64,000 nucleotides of DNA from assembly GCA_965263355.1 (NCBI GenBank), contig CBDHHL010000032.1, forward strand, positions 3,584,001 through 3,648,000, in the 5' to 3' direction. Position numbers and translations under genes: made by a program. Positions 1-9,718 of this stretch are shown here, piece by piece. The first letter of the stretch is position 1. The number at the start of each line of letters is the position of its first letter. The DNA is from Leptolyngbyaceae cyanobacterium (GTDB lineage: Bacteria > Cyanobacteriota > Cyanobacteriia > Phormidesmidales > Phormidesmidaceae). The notes beneath the pieces are model-generated. The model made no database searches, had not been told where the DNA came from, and saw only the letters and a program-made list of their open reading frames with translations.

Positions 1-1113
1 CAACATGCGAGCGTAAAGATGCTCCAGCTGGGTGATATTTTTGCCCAGCGTATAGCGATCCAAAACACGTTGTCGGGCTTTGTTGCTCAAAATCGACAGC
101 ATTTCAGGATGATTCCGCAACAGCGGCAAAATCGTTTGGAGCTGCTGTGCCACACGCTGGGTATCGATAACGATACCAGCTCCGTCTTCTAATACTTCTC
201 CATCCGCGCCTGCATCGGTGGCAATGCACGCTGCTCCGCAGGCCATCGCTTCTAACAACGATAACGACAGACCCTCAACTAAGGAAGGCAGAATAAAGGC
301 ATCAGCCCCCCGCAAAATTTCGATGCGGCGATGTTCATCGGCAACGAACCCCAGCCATATGACTGAATCATCGGTGCCATAGGCTGTCTTGAGGGCCATT
401 TCTAGCGGGCCACTGCCAACAATAAGAAGTTTGTTGCCAAGGCCCATATTGGCTAATTTCCAGCCCTTTAGCAGGGACTCTACATTTTTCTCAATGGCCA
501 GTCGCCCTTGATATACATAGATTTGGTTAGCTCTAAATTCTTGTTTAATGCGAGACAGGCCAGGGGCATACCGATAGACATCCACCCCGTTGGGAATCAC
601 GGCTATACGCTCAGCAGGTACGCCAAGCCTGGCCAGGAGTTCCTGCTGCATACGAGAAAAAACAATCACTTGATCGTAATTGGCCAGCCGAGGGGCATAT
701 ACCTGATAAGTAAAATGCTGGGTGCCCGATGTCAGATTGCGACGTTTACGGTCAAAGGCTGGATGGAATGTCGCCACCAGCGGAATCCCTAACTCGTGGC
801 AAATTTCTGGCAGCTTAAAGTCTAACGGAGAGAGAGAGAGGGATGCATGCACCAGGTCCGGTTTTAAGTCAGCCAGTACTTCTGCCAAACGTCGGGCTGA
901 GCGGAAACTAGGAATGATGAGAATCTGGGATTTGAAGATAAAGGGGAGTGAAACCTCTTCATAGCCGACATGTTCGCCTGCGGACTCTGCATCGGTAGCA
1001 AAGTGGAGAAAGGTCACTCGATAACCCCGCTCTAAAAGAGCGTTTGTAATCTCGCGGCCATAGGTGACATTTCCACAAAATGGAGACTTTTTACCAATCC
1101 ATGCAATGTGCAT
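1..1113 (-). CDS. GT4 family glycosyltransferase, probable digalactosyldiacylglycerol synthase (DgdA/Ycf82-like); runs off the left edge
   Basis: Not in the ORF track. Minus-strand ATG at 1113 gives MHIAWIGKKSPFCGNVTYGREITNALLERG; later GT4 motif 'FILPSLVEGLSLSLLEAMACG'; frame still open at position 1. Confidence 0.85.
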   Translation of the reverse strand, partial: MHIAWIGKKSPFCGNVTYGREITNALLERGYRVTFLHFATDAESAGEHVGYEEVSLPFIFKSQILIIPSFRSARRLAEVLADLKPDLVHASLSLSPLDFKLPEICHELGIPLVATFHPAFDRKRRNLTSGTQHFTYQVYAPRLANYDQVIVFSRMQQELLARLGVPAERIAVIPNGVDVYRYAPGLSRIKQEFRANQIYVYQGRLAIEKNVESLLKGWKLANMGLGNKLLIVGSGPLEMALKTAYGTDDSVIWLGFVADEHRRIEILRGADAFILPSLVEGLSLSLLEAMACGAACIATDAGADGEVLEDGAGIVIDTQRVAQQLQTILPLLRNHPEMLSILSNKARQRVLDRYTLGKNITQLEHLYARML

Positions 1114-1477
1114 TTAAAGGGGTCTATAAATCAGATGTTGAGTAAACTTTGTCCACGTCCAGAAAAGTCGTTTTGCTGTAGAAAAAACTACAGGTTTCAA
1201 CCTGGCCGTAGTTTAAGGAGGGTTTTCAAAAGCAGACATGAACGGTTTGACGAATTCAACCGTTTGGCAAGACACCCCCTTCGGAACTCTCATTTACCTA
1301 AGCCGCAGACTAAGTTGCTTAACTTAATGCTGCTTAAGCAACCGTATGAATGCTTTATATGACTTTATCAGGATTTTAAGAGGTTACTGCGGGGTGAGTT
1401 GGTTGAGTGTTGTTTAGTGAGCTTGCCCTGAGCTTGTCGAAGGGGTGAGTAGTGATGGAGGATTGGTGGTGGAACCG

Positions 1478-2968
1478 TTACTTAGAGGGGGATGCAGCGG
1501 ATACGGTAAAGACGGTTTGAGTAAAGAGTCCGCCGATTATGACAATGGCGGCTAGACCTAGTAGTACCGGTCGTAGACCGACGAGGGATTCGGCGACGCC
1601 AGCTAGGGCCAGAGGTAGACTCAAGGCGATATTGACAACATTGTTTTGCAGACCAAAGACTTTACCCCGCATGTCTTCAGGGGTTTGCTCTTGGATCGTG
1701 GTTTGCATGGGAATGCCGACTGTGGCGGCAAAAACTCCAAGAATGGCGAGCAAGGTCAGGCTGCCCCAAAGGCTGTGAATGGTCATCGACAAGCCTGCCA
1801 GGGTACTCCCCATGCCGAGCAGGCCGAATAGGCTGAGCTGACGACGGGCAAAGTGATGCCCAAAATTGCCGATGATGCCTGCGCCCACACCCATACCGAT
1901 ACCACCGGCAGCGAGTAATACGCCAAATTGAGAAGATTTAAGGGTGGGGATAACCTCGGCTAGACGCACAGCTAAAACCGCCAGAGCAGCAAAGACTGAG
2001 AACAGTAACACCAGTTGAATAATGGCGTTACGAATGGCGAGACGCTGGTTGATATAGCGCAGACCATCCTTGATATCGGTCCACACATGGCTGTCTTGGG
2101 TGAGAGTGGCGGCGGATTCGCCCGTCCGCATCATCATCAAGATTAGGCTAGCCAAGCAATAGCTCAGACCAACGAGGCTGTCTTTGCCGATACCACTGCC
2201 GTGGTCAAAGGGGGCCAGCAGATGGTCTGCGATCGCAAGTAATGGCTCCCCCACCGCAAACCCGATAATTACTGACGCCATCATGGTAGTGGTGTAGAGG
2301 GAGTTGGCCGACAGTAGGTGACGCTCTGCCACAATCAGCGGTATGGCAGATTGCTCCGCTGGGGCAAAAAATTGAGTCAATGTCGACACTAAAAATGTAA
2401 TCACCAACAACAGACAAAAGCTGATTGGGATACCGGCTATGGCTCCCAAATCGTGGCTCAGCCATAGCCCCAAAGGCAACAAAATGACTAAAGCCCCCCG
2501 CAGCAGATTAGTCAGCACCAGTACTGGTTGCTTTAGCCAGCGATCTACATAGACCCCTGCCAGGGAGCCAAACAGGACAGCTGGAATTGTGAATGCAATC
2601 ATGACTGCCGATACCCAGCCACTAATGGTTTGACCAGGGACTTGATATTGGCTGGCGATGATGGCAATCATCAGCACTAAATAAACTTTATCGGCCAGTT
2701 GAGAAAAGACCTGTCCCCCCCATAGGGTGAGAAAATTACGATTTTGTAATACTGGCCAAAAACCAGTGGCCTCAGCATCAGGGGCTGATATAGCCGTTTT
2801 ATCGCCGAATGTAGCGGATGACGTCTGGGCTGCTAACTTCGCATGATGAGTTGCATGCCCAGTTGCCGTCGGGTAAGAGCTGGCGGTTAGCCCAGCTTGA
2901 TCGGTTTCTGGCTGCTGGCCAGAATTGTCAGAAATCTTAGATGCACTTGAGTCTGACTCACGAAGCAT
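1478..2968 (-). CDS. MFS transporter (H+ antiporter-like)
   Basis: About 12 hydrophobic segments, MFS motif 'GSLAGVYVDRW', 'NRNFLTLWGGQVFSQLADK'; probable ATG at 2968 overlapping the recO end. Confidence 0.9.
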   Translation of the reverse strand: MLRESDSSASKISDNSGQQPETDQAGLTASSYPTATGHATHHAKLAAQTSSATFGDKTAISAPDAEATGFWPVLQNRNFLTLWGGQVFSQLADKVYLVLMIAIIASQYQVPGQTISGWVSAVMIAFTIPAVLFGSLAGVYVDRWLKQPVLVLTNLLRGALVILLPLGLWLSHDLGAIAGIPISFCLLLVITFLVSTLTQFFAPAEQSAIPLIVAERHLLSANSLYTTTMMASVIIGFAVGEPLLAIADHLLAPFDHGSGIGKDSLVGLSYCLASLILMMMRTGESAATLTQDSHVWTDIKDGLRYINQRLAIRNAIIQLVLLFSVFAALAVLAVRLAEVIPTLKSSQFGVLLAAGGIGMGVGAGIIGNFGHHFARRQLSLFGLLGMGSTLAGLSMTIHSLWGSLTLLAILGVFAATVGIPMQTTIQEQTPEDMRGKVFGLQNNVVNIALSLPLALAGVAESLVGLRPVLLGLAAIVIIGGLFTQTVFTVSAASPSK

Positions 2969-3815
2969 AAGCAGATGACGCAAAGCAGCTATCAATCAGG
3001 GCAGCCGATCGAATGGGGCGATCAAAATGAAACTGGGCATAGTTTCGCAGTAGGCGTTCCACCCGCCGCCACAAACTATGGGGAGCTGCACTAGTTCCTT
3101 CTATAGATGGTAAAGAACTAGACTGGGTGAATACAAGCTCTGCTTGACCTAATTGTTGTAGAAGTACTAGCTCAGGGGCTCCAATCATGGTGGTTAAGGG
3201 GCCGCGTCGTTCGGCCTCATAATCCACTGGCCCAGCATTATTTTCCAGACGTTCTAGCTGTTCTAAGGTGATCACGCCACCGGCTGGGATGCTAAAGCCT
3301 ACCTGCCATTTTTCCCTCAACTGTGGGGTGATGGGTACTCGACTGAGACAGCAATATCTGAATTCTGGAGCCACCCCCGCCAGGGCTAAAATATGGAAGG
3401 TGCCATGGGCTAAACAAGCGAGGATTGTGCTACTTGGCGCGGTTTCTAGACGTTCTAAATGGGCAACCAGGAGTTCAAACAGGTGTTCTTGGGGTTGTTG
3501 GCTGGCTTCACACAAAACTAATTCTGCTAAGTACTGGCCCGCAGTTAGTCGGGCTAGGTCTCGACTTAACCCTGGAAATGACTGCTGAGTTTGGGCCTGA
3601 ATCATTTTGTCCAGGGATTTGCCCCTGGATAGCATGAGTTCATTGACGACAAACAAACCACTGCGCCCCCCTAGCCGAGATTTATGTTTACGGGCTCCAG
3701 GGGCGATCGCACGCAGCAGGCCATGTTCTTTAGTCAAAATGGTCATCAGCCGATCAGTCTCCCCCATTGGTGCGGCTTTGAGGTTGATACCGGTGGCTTT
3801 GTAGGTGCGGGACAT
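2958..3815 (-). CDS. recO: DNA repair protein RecO
   Basis: 'TYKATGINLKAAPMGETDRLMTILTKEHGLLRAIAPGARKHKSRLGG', Cys-containing zinc-finger region, C-terminal 'IRSAALID'. Confidence 0.95.
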   Translation of the reverse strand: MSRTYKATGINLKAAPMGETDRLMTILTKEHGLLRAIAPGARKHKSRLGGRSGLFVVNELMLSRGKSLDKMIQAQTQQSFPGLSRDLARLTAGQYLAELVLCEASQQPQEHLFELLVAHLERLETAPSSTILACLAHGTFHILALAGVAPEFRYCCLSRVPITPQLREKWQVGFSIPAGGVITLEQLERLENNAGPVDYEAERRGPLTTMIGAPELVLLQQLGQAELVFTQSSSLPSIEGTSAAPHSLWRRVERLLRNYAQFHFDRPIRSAALIDSCFASSAYAS

Positions 3816-3822
3816 TAAGCAC

Positions 3823-4566
3823 TCAAAACTTATTTTTGTTGTAGTTTACGTTAATTTGGCTTTTGCCTTCGTATAGCAAGTTCATCTTTTTAGGATCCAA
3901 CCCGGCGTGATACATCACCTTGAGGATTTGATTCAAGGCGGCATGTTTGTAAATGCCTCGTTCCCTAAAGCGACGAGCGGAGGTAATAATCTTACCTGGT
4001 GCTAGGTACGGGGGGCCAAATTTCCTCAGGGCATTGCTGAGGGCCGTATCTTCAAAAATATCCATATCCGGTACGCCACCAATCTCTATCAGTGCTTGAC
4101 GTCGGGCAAATATGCAGTGATCTAAATAAAGAATGTGGCTAAACCGTGGGCGCTGGGTGGTTGAATACCAGGAGGTAAAGCGAAGCAACCAGTGGTCGAA
4201 GTCAAAACTGTGGCGAAAGCCTCCCCAGGTGACCCTATCGTCAGCCATGGTTGTGCGAATTTGAGCCAGGGCATCAACGGGCAGCAGAGTGGCTGGATGG
4301 TGGAGTAAGACGACATCTCCCTGGCTGGCCTGAATCCCAAGGGTTAAACGCTGGGCCCGATTGGTGGCCTCACTTTCAATCAGCTTGAATTCCTTAGCCG
4401 CCGGATGTTGGGTAATGACCTCAAAGGTGCCATCTGTACTCTGGCTGATGACGATAATCAACTGCTTTTTTCCTGGCTGTTGGATGAGGTTGTCCAGAAT
4501 GCGAGGCAGATAACCATGGCGAATTTCATTCAGGCAAGGTAGAACAACTGAAATATTAAGTTCCAT
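3823..4566 (-). CDS. GT2 family glycosyltransferase (TIGR04283-like, divergent)
   Basis: 'ISVVLPCLNE', 'NRAQRLTLG', 'IGGVPDMDIFED', 'TSARRF'. Confidence 0.8.
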   Translation of the reverse strand: MELNISVVLPCLNEIRHGYLPRILDNLIQQPGKKQLIIVISQSTDGTFEVITQHPAAKEFKLIESEATNRAQRLTLGIQASQGDVVLLHHPATLLPVDALAQIRTTMADDRVTWGGFRHSFDFDHWLLRFTSWYSTTQRPRFSHILYLDHCIFARRQALIEIGGVPDMDIFEDTALSNALRKFGPPYLAPGKIITSARRFRERGIYKHAALNQILKVMYHAGLDPKKMNLLYEGKSQINVNYNKNKF

Positions 4567-4738
4567 TCACGACCTACTGTTTGCGACCGCTAGCGCTTAG
4601 TTAAGCATGGCAAGTCTCTCAGAATAATACAAAGTCTATTAAGAGTGACGAGGAGCATTCACAAGCTGCGTTAGCGTTCAAACTAGATGGTGCTTAAACC
4701 GTCCTTAGATTGCTGCTCTCTATCGGTGATTTTGATCT

Positions 4739-5488
4739 ATGACTGTCGCCCCGCCCCGCCAGGTTCACGTGTACACAGATAAGGCTGCACTCGTAACTGC
4801 CGCCACGGATCAGGTGATTGAACTGATTCGGGCTGCGATCGCAGCCCGTGGTCGTTGCTCAATTGCACTCTCAGGAGGCAGTACGCCAAAACCGCTATAT
4901 CAAGCGTTAGCCCAGACGGATTTGCCCTGGGATCACCTCTATATTTACTGGGGAGATGAACGCTACGTGCCAGCCACCCATGCTGATAGCAACGCTAAAA
5001 TGACCTACGAAACTTGGCTAAATCATGTCGCTATTCCGGCGGCGAATATCTACACGGTACCCACGGATACAGACTCTCCCCAAACCAGCGCCGAGCAGTA
5101 TCAGCAGGTATTAGCAACTAGCTTTGACACCACTGATACCCCCATATTTGACATTATTCTGCTGGGCATGGGAGACGATGGCCACACTGCCTCACTGTTT
5201 CCCCATACGTCTGCCCTGAATGAAACCGAACGCTGGGTGACCGTGGGGCAAAAGGCCGATCAGCCTAGAATTACCCTAACCACACGGGTGATTAATCAGG
5301 CCCGCCATGTGATGTTTTTAGTGGCCGGGGCTAATAAGCAATCAGCCCTCTCCCAAGTATTTGCCCCGGAAGCTGACAGTGCTGAATACCCGGCGCGGCT
5401 CATCGCTCCTGTGGGCGATCTCCGCTGGCTATTGGATGCAGATGCCAGCGTAGGTTTGCCCGCTACCATAGAGCGAACGATTCATTAA
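4739..5488 (+). CDS. pgl: 6-phosphogluconolactonase
   Basis: 'ALSGGSTP', 'WGDERYVP', 'LLGMGDDGHTASLFP'. Confidence 0.95.
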   Translation: MTVAPPRQVHVYTDKAALVTAATDQVIELIRAAIAARGRCSIALSGGSTPKPLYQALAQTDLPWDHLYIYWGDERYVPATHADSNAKMTYETWLNHVAIPAANIYTVPTDTDSPQTSAEQYQQVLATSFDTTDTPIFDIILLGMGDDGHTASLFPHTSALNETERWVTVGQKADQPRITLTTRVINQARHVMFLVAGANKQSALSQVFAPEADSAEYPARLIAPVGDLRWLLDADASVGLPATIERTIH

Positions 5489-5678
5489 ACCCCCTGAATT
5501 TAAGCTCCCTTTGGGGGTGTATTACCTCCAGGGGGAATGCCCCTCTGTTTCCCAAATGCTTTGGTAGGCTATGAATACGGAGCAAAGTCAAAGATTACCT
5601 ATACTTCTCACAAAGCATCAACAGAAAATTGCCGAAACCGTGTAGTTTATACATGGCTAGAGCGTAAACCAGACCGCC

Positions 5679-6452
5679 ATGATTATTTGCCCAAATTGCA
5701 ACTATCAAAACCCAGATGCCGCTTCGCAATGTGAGGCTTGTTATACGCCGTTGCCAGCGTTGATAACTTGTTCAAATTGTGGTGCCGCAGTTCAGGCAGA
5801 TGCCAGTTTTTGCGGGCAGTGTGGTCATAGCCTAGCCAGTCAACCAGCAACTGTCGAGGAAACGGTTTCTCCTGCTCCGGTTCCTCCCTCTGCTGAGCCT
5901 GTATCAACGGATATGCCACCAGCACCGCTACCCGTTGAACCGTCTTCAGAATTAGTGGAGCCCGATCCGTTAGTGCCGCCGGATCCGCTACCGGTGACTC
6001 CACCCACCCCTATACCAGCAGAGCCAGTGCCGACAAATCTTCCGACTGCTGTTGACCTTGATAACGAACCGCCTACTACTCAGCCATCGGTTAATGTGAT
6101 GGCTCCCCAAACTCAGCTACAAAGTCTGACCGCCAGACTGCTCCACGTACAGACTAATACGGTCATGGCGTTACCCATGGGGCTTGAGCTTGTACATATT
6201 GGTAAGCCCAATGATCGCATCCCGCCAGATGTTGACGTATCGGGTTTTCCAGAATCAGAGATTGTATCTCGTGTTCATGCCAATATCCGGATTGAGGGCG
6301 ATGTCTACTATATTGAGGATGTTGGTAGTTCTAATGGTACGTACGTGAATAACCTGCCGCTTGTAGCAGGTAATCGTCATCGGTTACGACCCGGTGATCG
6401 CATTGCCCTTGGTAAAGGTGATAAGGTGAGCTTTATTTTTCAACTTGCATGA
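5679..6452 (+). CDS. fraH: FraH-like protein: N-terminal double zinc ribbon, Pro-rich linker, C-terminal FHA domain
   Basis: Four CxxC pairs, PxP-rich linker, FHA motifs 'IGK...VSRVHA...DVGSSNGTYVN'. Confidence 0.8.
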   Translation: MIICPNCNYQNPDAASQCEACYTPLPALITCSNCGAAVQADASFCGQCGHSLASQPATVEETVSPAPVPPSAEPVSTDMPPAPLPVEPSSELVEPDPLVPPDPLPVTPPTPIPAEPVPTNLPTAVDLDNEPPTTQPSVNVMAPQTQLQSLTARLLHVQTNTVMALPMGLELVHIGKPNDRIPPDVDVSGFPESEIVSRVHANIRIEGDVYYIEDVGSSNGTYVNNLPLVAGNRHRLRPGDRIALGKGDKVSFIFQLA

Positions 6453-6536
6453 GGGGCATAAAAGGTATAAAACCATTGATCTAATAGTTACTTTTTGCAC
6501 TGTTCTTTTTGTTACATTGCCCTTCGATGTATTAAC

Positions 6537-7016
6537 GTGATTACCTTATCGTTGCTCCACCCCCTGAATAAGACTCCTATGCAGAACTGGTCCTTTGAGG
6601 AGCAAGAGGTTATTCGCATTGGCCGTTCTACCGATAACGATGTTGTCCTTTACAGTGCTGTGGTTTCCCGACATCATCTGGAGATTCATAAGGGTGTGGC
6701 TGGTTGGGCAATTCAGAGTATAGGTACGAATGGTACCTATCTAGACGGCAAACGTATTCAGCATGTGACGGCTGAGGATGGTCTGGTAGTGCGCCTTGCA
6801 CGGTCTGGGCCCAATCTCCAAATCTCTATTGACCAGCCAGAAAAATCGTCAGTGGCATCGATTAAAGAGTTACTGGCTCGTCGCAAACATCAGCAGCAGT
6901 TTTCGTCACCCCAGCAACCGGTAAGAGTTGATCTAGATGTCGTCAAAACAGATATTCGTGATAAAAAGCCGCTACCGGACAAGCCAGATGCGGCAGGTGA
7001 TGACGGGGTTGTTTAG
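6537..7016 (+). CDS. FHA domain-containing protein
   Basis: 'IRIGRSTDND...VSRHHL...GTNGTYLDG'; probable GTG start at 6537. Confidence 0.9.
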   Translation: MITLSLLHPLNKTPMQNWSFEEQEVIRIGRSTDNDVVLYSAVVSRHHLEIHKGVAGWAIQSIGTNGTYLDGKRIQHVTAEDGLVVRLARSGPNLQISIDQPEKSSVASIKELLARRKHQQQFSSPQQPVRVDLDVVKTDIRDKKPLPDKPDAAGDDGVV

Positions 7017-7022
7017 CCGCTA

Positions 7023-7721
7023 ATGGCCAGAGGCGATCAGATATATGTAATGCGGGATGTGATGGGGGTGCCTTATCAACACCATGGTATTGATGATGGG
7101 GTTGGTCAGGTGATTCACTATCGCAAGGTGGGTACTGCAACTGTGGCGCGCACAAGTATAGAAGCCTTTGCTCGGGGAAATCCGGTGTACACGTTGCCCC
7201 AGTCCATTTCGTTTATTCCAGATGTGGTGATTGATCGAGCGGAAAGCCGGTTGGGAGAACAACGGTACAATCTGTTTTTTAATAACTGTGAGCATTTTGC
7301 CAATTGGTGTAAAACGGGTGAAAATGTGAGTCCTCAGCTCGATGATTTTGGCTTGCGGTTAGATCAGCTGAAGCTACCCGGTGGCTTAATTCGACAAGCT
7401 GCTCAGGAGGAAAGTCCCCAGGCAATTTTGGATTTATTTGCCAAGGCGTTAGGGAATATTGCGATCGCAACCAATACCCTTCTACCCGACTATAATCATG
7501 CCCAGGCTGATAGCGCTCAGTGGCAGCGAGTCGCCCAGGAAGCTTTAAATCGAGGGCGTGAAGATCTAGCTCGTGCTGCCTTATATAAACGTCGTGATGC
7601 CCAGAAAAAAGCTGAATCCATCGAGCGGCAGTTGCAAGCCCTATCTGATTTACAAATTTCTATCCAAACTGACCAAACATTGGCGTTAAAACGCCTGAGT
7701 GAAGAGACTGCAGATTTTTAG
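7023..7721 (+). CDS. LRAT/NC-domain (NlpC/P60 superfamily) protein with C-terminal PspA/Vipp1-like helical segment
   Basis: 'YQHHGI', 'VIHY', 'YNLFFNNCEHFANWCKTG'; C-terminal 'WQRVAQEALNRGREDLARAAL'. Confidence 0.85.
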   Translation: MARGDQIYVMRDVMGVPYQHHGIDDGVGQVIHYRKVGTATVARTSIEAFARGNPVYTLPQSISFIPDVVIDRAESRLGEQRYNLFFNNCEHFANWCKTGENVSPQLDDFGLRLDQLKLPGGLIRQAAQEESPQAILDLFAKALGNIAIATNTLLPDYNHAQADSAQWQRVAQEALNRGREDLARAALYKRRDAQKKAESIERQLQALSDLQISIQTDQTLALKRLSEETADF

Positions 7722-7886
7722 TAGCTGTTGATCGAAGTCTATACAGTTAGTATACGAATAGAGGCAATACTAAAGTTTCTAAGTCCAGATTCTGTTAGTC
7801 CCTTGTCGATCGCTAATTTGCGAAGTACGATTGTAGTCTGTTTGTGATTCAAATGTCGTCTGTTGGATGACATCAGGAGGCATGTC

Positions 7887-9695
7887 GTGGTCAAGTTGCT
7901 CAATATTCTTCGATACTACCAGCAGTACTGGCTAATTACAGTGTTGAGTGCTGCTGCTATGGGAGCATTTGAGATTCTAGATCTTTTTTTGCCCTACGTA
8001 ATTGGTCAACTACTCAATATTCTTTCGCAACAAACTTTAGATAGACCCCTGGAGAACGTTGTTATAGTAATTGCTGAGCTGTTACAACAACCGTATACTC
8101 CAACATTTTCACTATTGGTATTGTTGAGTCTGGTGGGTTTGCTTTCCATTGGACGTGCGCCCGTGCAGCCCTGGATTGGCCCTTGGTTTAACTGGGATAC
8201 TGCTCTACGTGCCCGGCGGGATCAATCCCGTCGTTCTCTGGAGAAAATTTTGACCCTGCCGCTTGAGTTTTACGATGAAAACAACCCAGGACGAATTTCA
8301 GCACGGGTGGCTAAGGGGTTGGCTAACTATACCTGGACTTATCCCGAAATCGTGGGCCAGTTTATCCCGAAGATTTGCCGCATCTTTGGCATCTTTATCG
8401 TGATTGCCTGTATTAATTGGACTATTGCCTTGGTGGTTTTATGTTCGTTTTTGGTGATTGTTGGCTACAGTTTTTCTCGCCTTATGGGCTTGTCCAATCA
8501 GGAAGAGAAACTAGATAAATACGTAGAAAATACCGAGAGTCGCACGTCGGAGATTATTACCAATATCAAAACGGTCAAGGCGTTTGCTGCAGAAAGCCGA
8601 GAACTTGAGCGGCAACAACAACGATTGGACCGAGAATTTAAGGTGTTTGACTATCGTATTCATTTGGGATACATCAAGCTAAGTACCTGGCAGCGGACGA
8701 TTGTTCAAATATGCACGTTTGCCGTGCTGGCTCTGACACTATGGGCAACGGTGCAAGGGAGTATTTCCTTGGGCCATTTTGTCACCATTCTGACGTTGTC
8801 TAGCATGGCCTATGCCGAAATTGATCCCATTTGTGATCTGGCGGAAATGTTTGTGCGTCGTTATGGTGCCATGGCGCGATTTCAAGAGTTTTTGGCGCTG
8901 TCGCCAGGGATGGATGCAGGGCAGCTGATGGGGGATGTGCCAGACTATCGGTTTACTGGCAAGGTGCACTTTAACCAGCTTTCCTTTGGCTATGTGGCTG
9001 ATAAGCCTGTTTTGAAGCACATTCAGCTGTTGATTCAACCCTATCAAACGGTTGCTCTAGTAGGCCGTTCAGGGTCTGGTAAATCCACACTGGTCAAGTT
9101 ACTGTTTCGTTATTTTGAGCCCGATAGCGGTGCGATTTTGATCGATGGTCAGGACCTGCGGCGTTTGGATATTACTGGCTATCGGCGGCGACTAGCGATT
9201 GTGCACCAGGAGGTGGATATTTTTAATGGCACGCTGATGGAAAACCTGTTGTACGGTAATCCAAATGCCACTGTGGAGCAGGTACAGGAGGCGTGTAAAA
9301 TTGCCCAAGCCCATGACTTTATCGAGCAGATGCCCAAGGGCTATCTGACTACGGTGGGTGAGCGGGGTGTGCGGCTATCGGGCGGTCAGCGTCAGCGCAT
9401 TGGCATTGCTCGGGCGTTGATTATGGAGCCAGATGTGCTGGTGTTTGATGAGGCTACCTCTAGTCTGGACTATGAGTCGGAACGAGCAATTCAGGTGGCG
9501 ATGCGATCGCTCTTTGGTACCCGCACGCTGATTATCATTGCCCACCGACTTAGCACCGTTCGTGAGGCCGATCAGATCGTGGTGCTAGACCAGGGGCGCA
9601 TCAGCGAAGTCGGTAGTCATGATCAGCTACTGGCTCAAGCCGGTCTTTACCAGCGACTCCACCGGTTACAAGAAACAGGAGAACTACTGGGGTAA
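7887..9695 (+). CDS. ABC exporter, fused permease/ATP-binding protein
   Basis: N-terminal TMD; Walker A 'GRSGSGKST', signature 'LSGGQRQ', 'VFDEATS', 'IAHRL'; AGGAGG 6 nt before GTG at 7887. Confidence 0.93.
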   Translation: MVKLLNILRYYQQYWLITVLSAAAMGAFEILDLFLPYVIGQLLNILSQQTLDRPLENVVIVIAELLQQPYTPTFSLLVLLSLVGLLSIGRAPVQPWIGPWFNWDTALRARRDQSRRSLEKILTLPLEFYDENNPGRISARVAKGLANYTWTYPEIVGQFIPKICRIFGIFIVIACINWTIALVVLCSFLVIVGYSFSRLMGLSNQEEKLDKYVENTESRTSEIITNIKTVKAFAAESRELERQQQRLDREFKVFDYRIHLGYIKLSTWQRTIVQICTFAVLALTLWATVQGSISLGHFVTILTLSSMAYAEIDPICDLAEMFVRRYGAMARFQEFLALSPGMDAGQLMGDVPDYRFTGKVHFNQLSFGYVADKPVLKHIQLLIQPYQTVALVGRSGSGKSTLVKLLFRYFEPDSGAILIDGQDLRRLDITGYRRRLAIVHQEVDIFNGTLMENLLYGNPNATVEQVQEACKIAQAHDFIEQMPKGYLTTVGERGVRLSGGQRQRIGIARALIMEPDVLVFDEATSSLDYESERAIQVAMRSLFGTRTLIIIAHRLSTVREADQIVVLDQGRISEVGSHDQLLAQAGLYQRLHRLQETGELLG

Positions 9696-9718
9696 AGAGG
9701 AGATGGGGGATGGATAGA

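Noticed and set aside
508..1362. Plus-strand ORFs 508-792, 722-964 and 1108-1362
   Set aside because: Antisense shadows of the GT4 gene and its promoter region; no recognisable motifs
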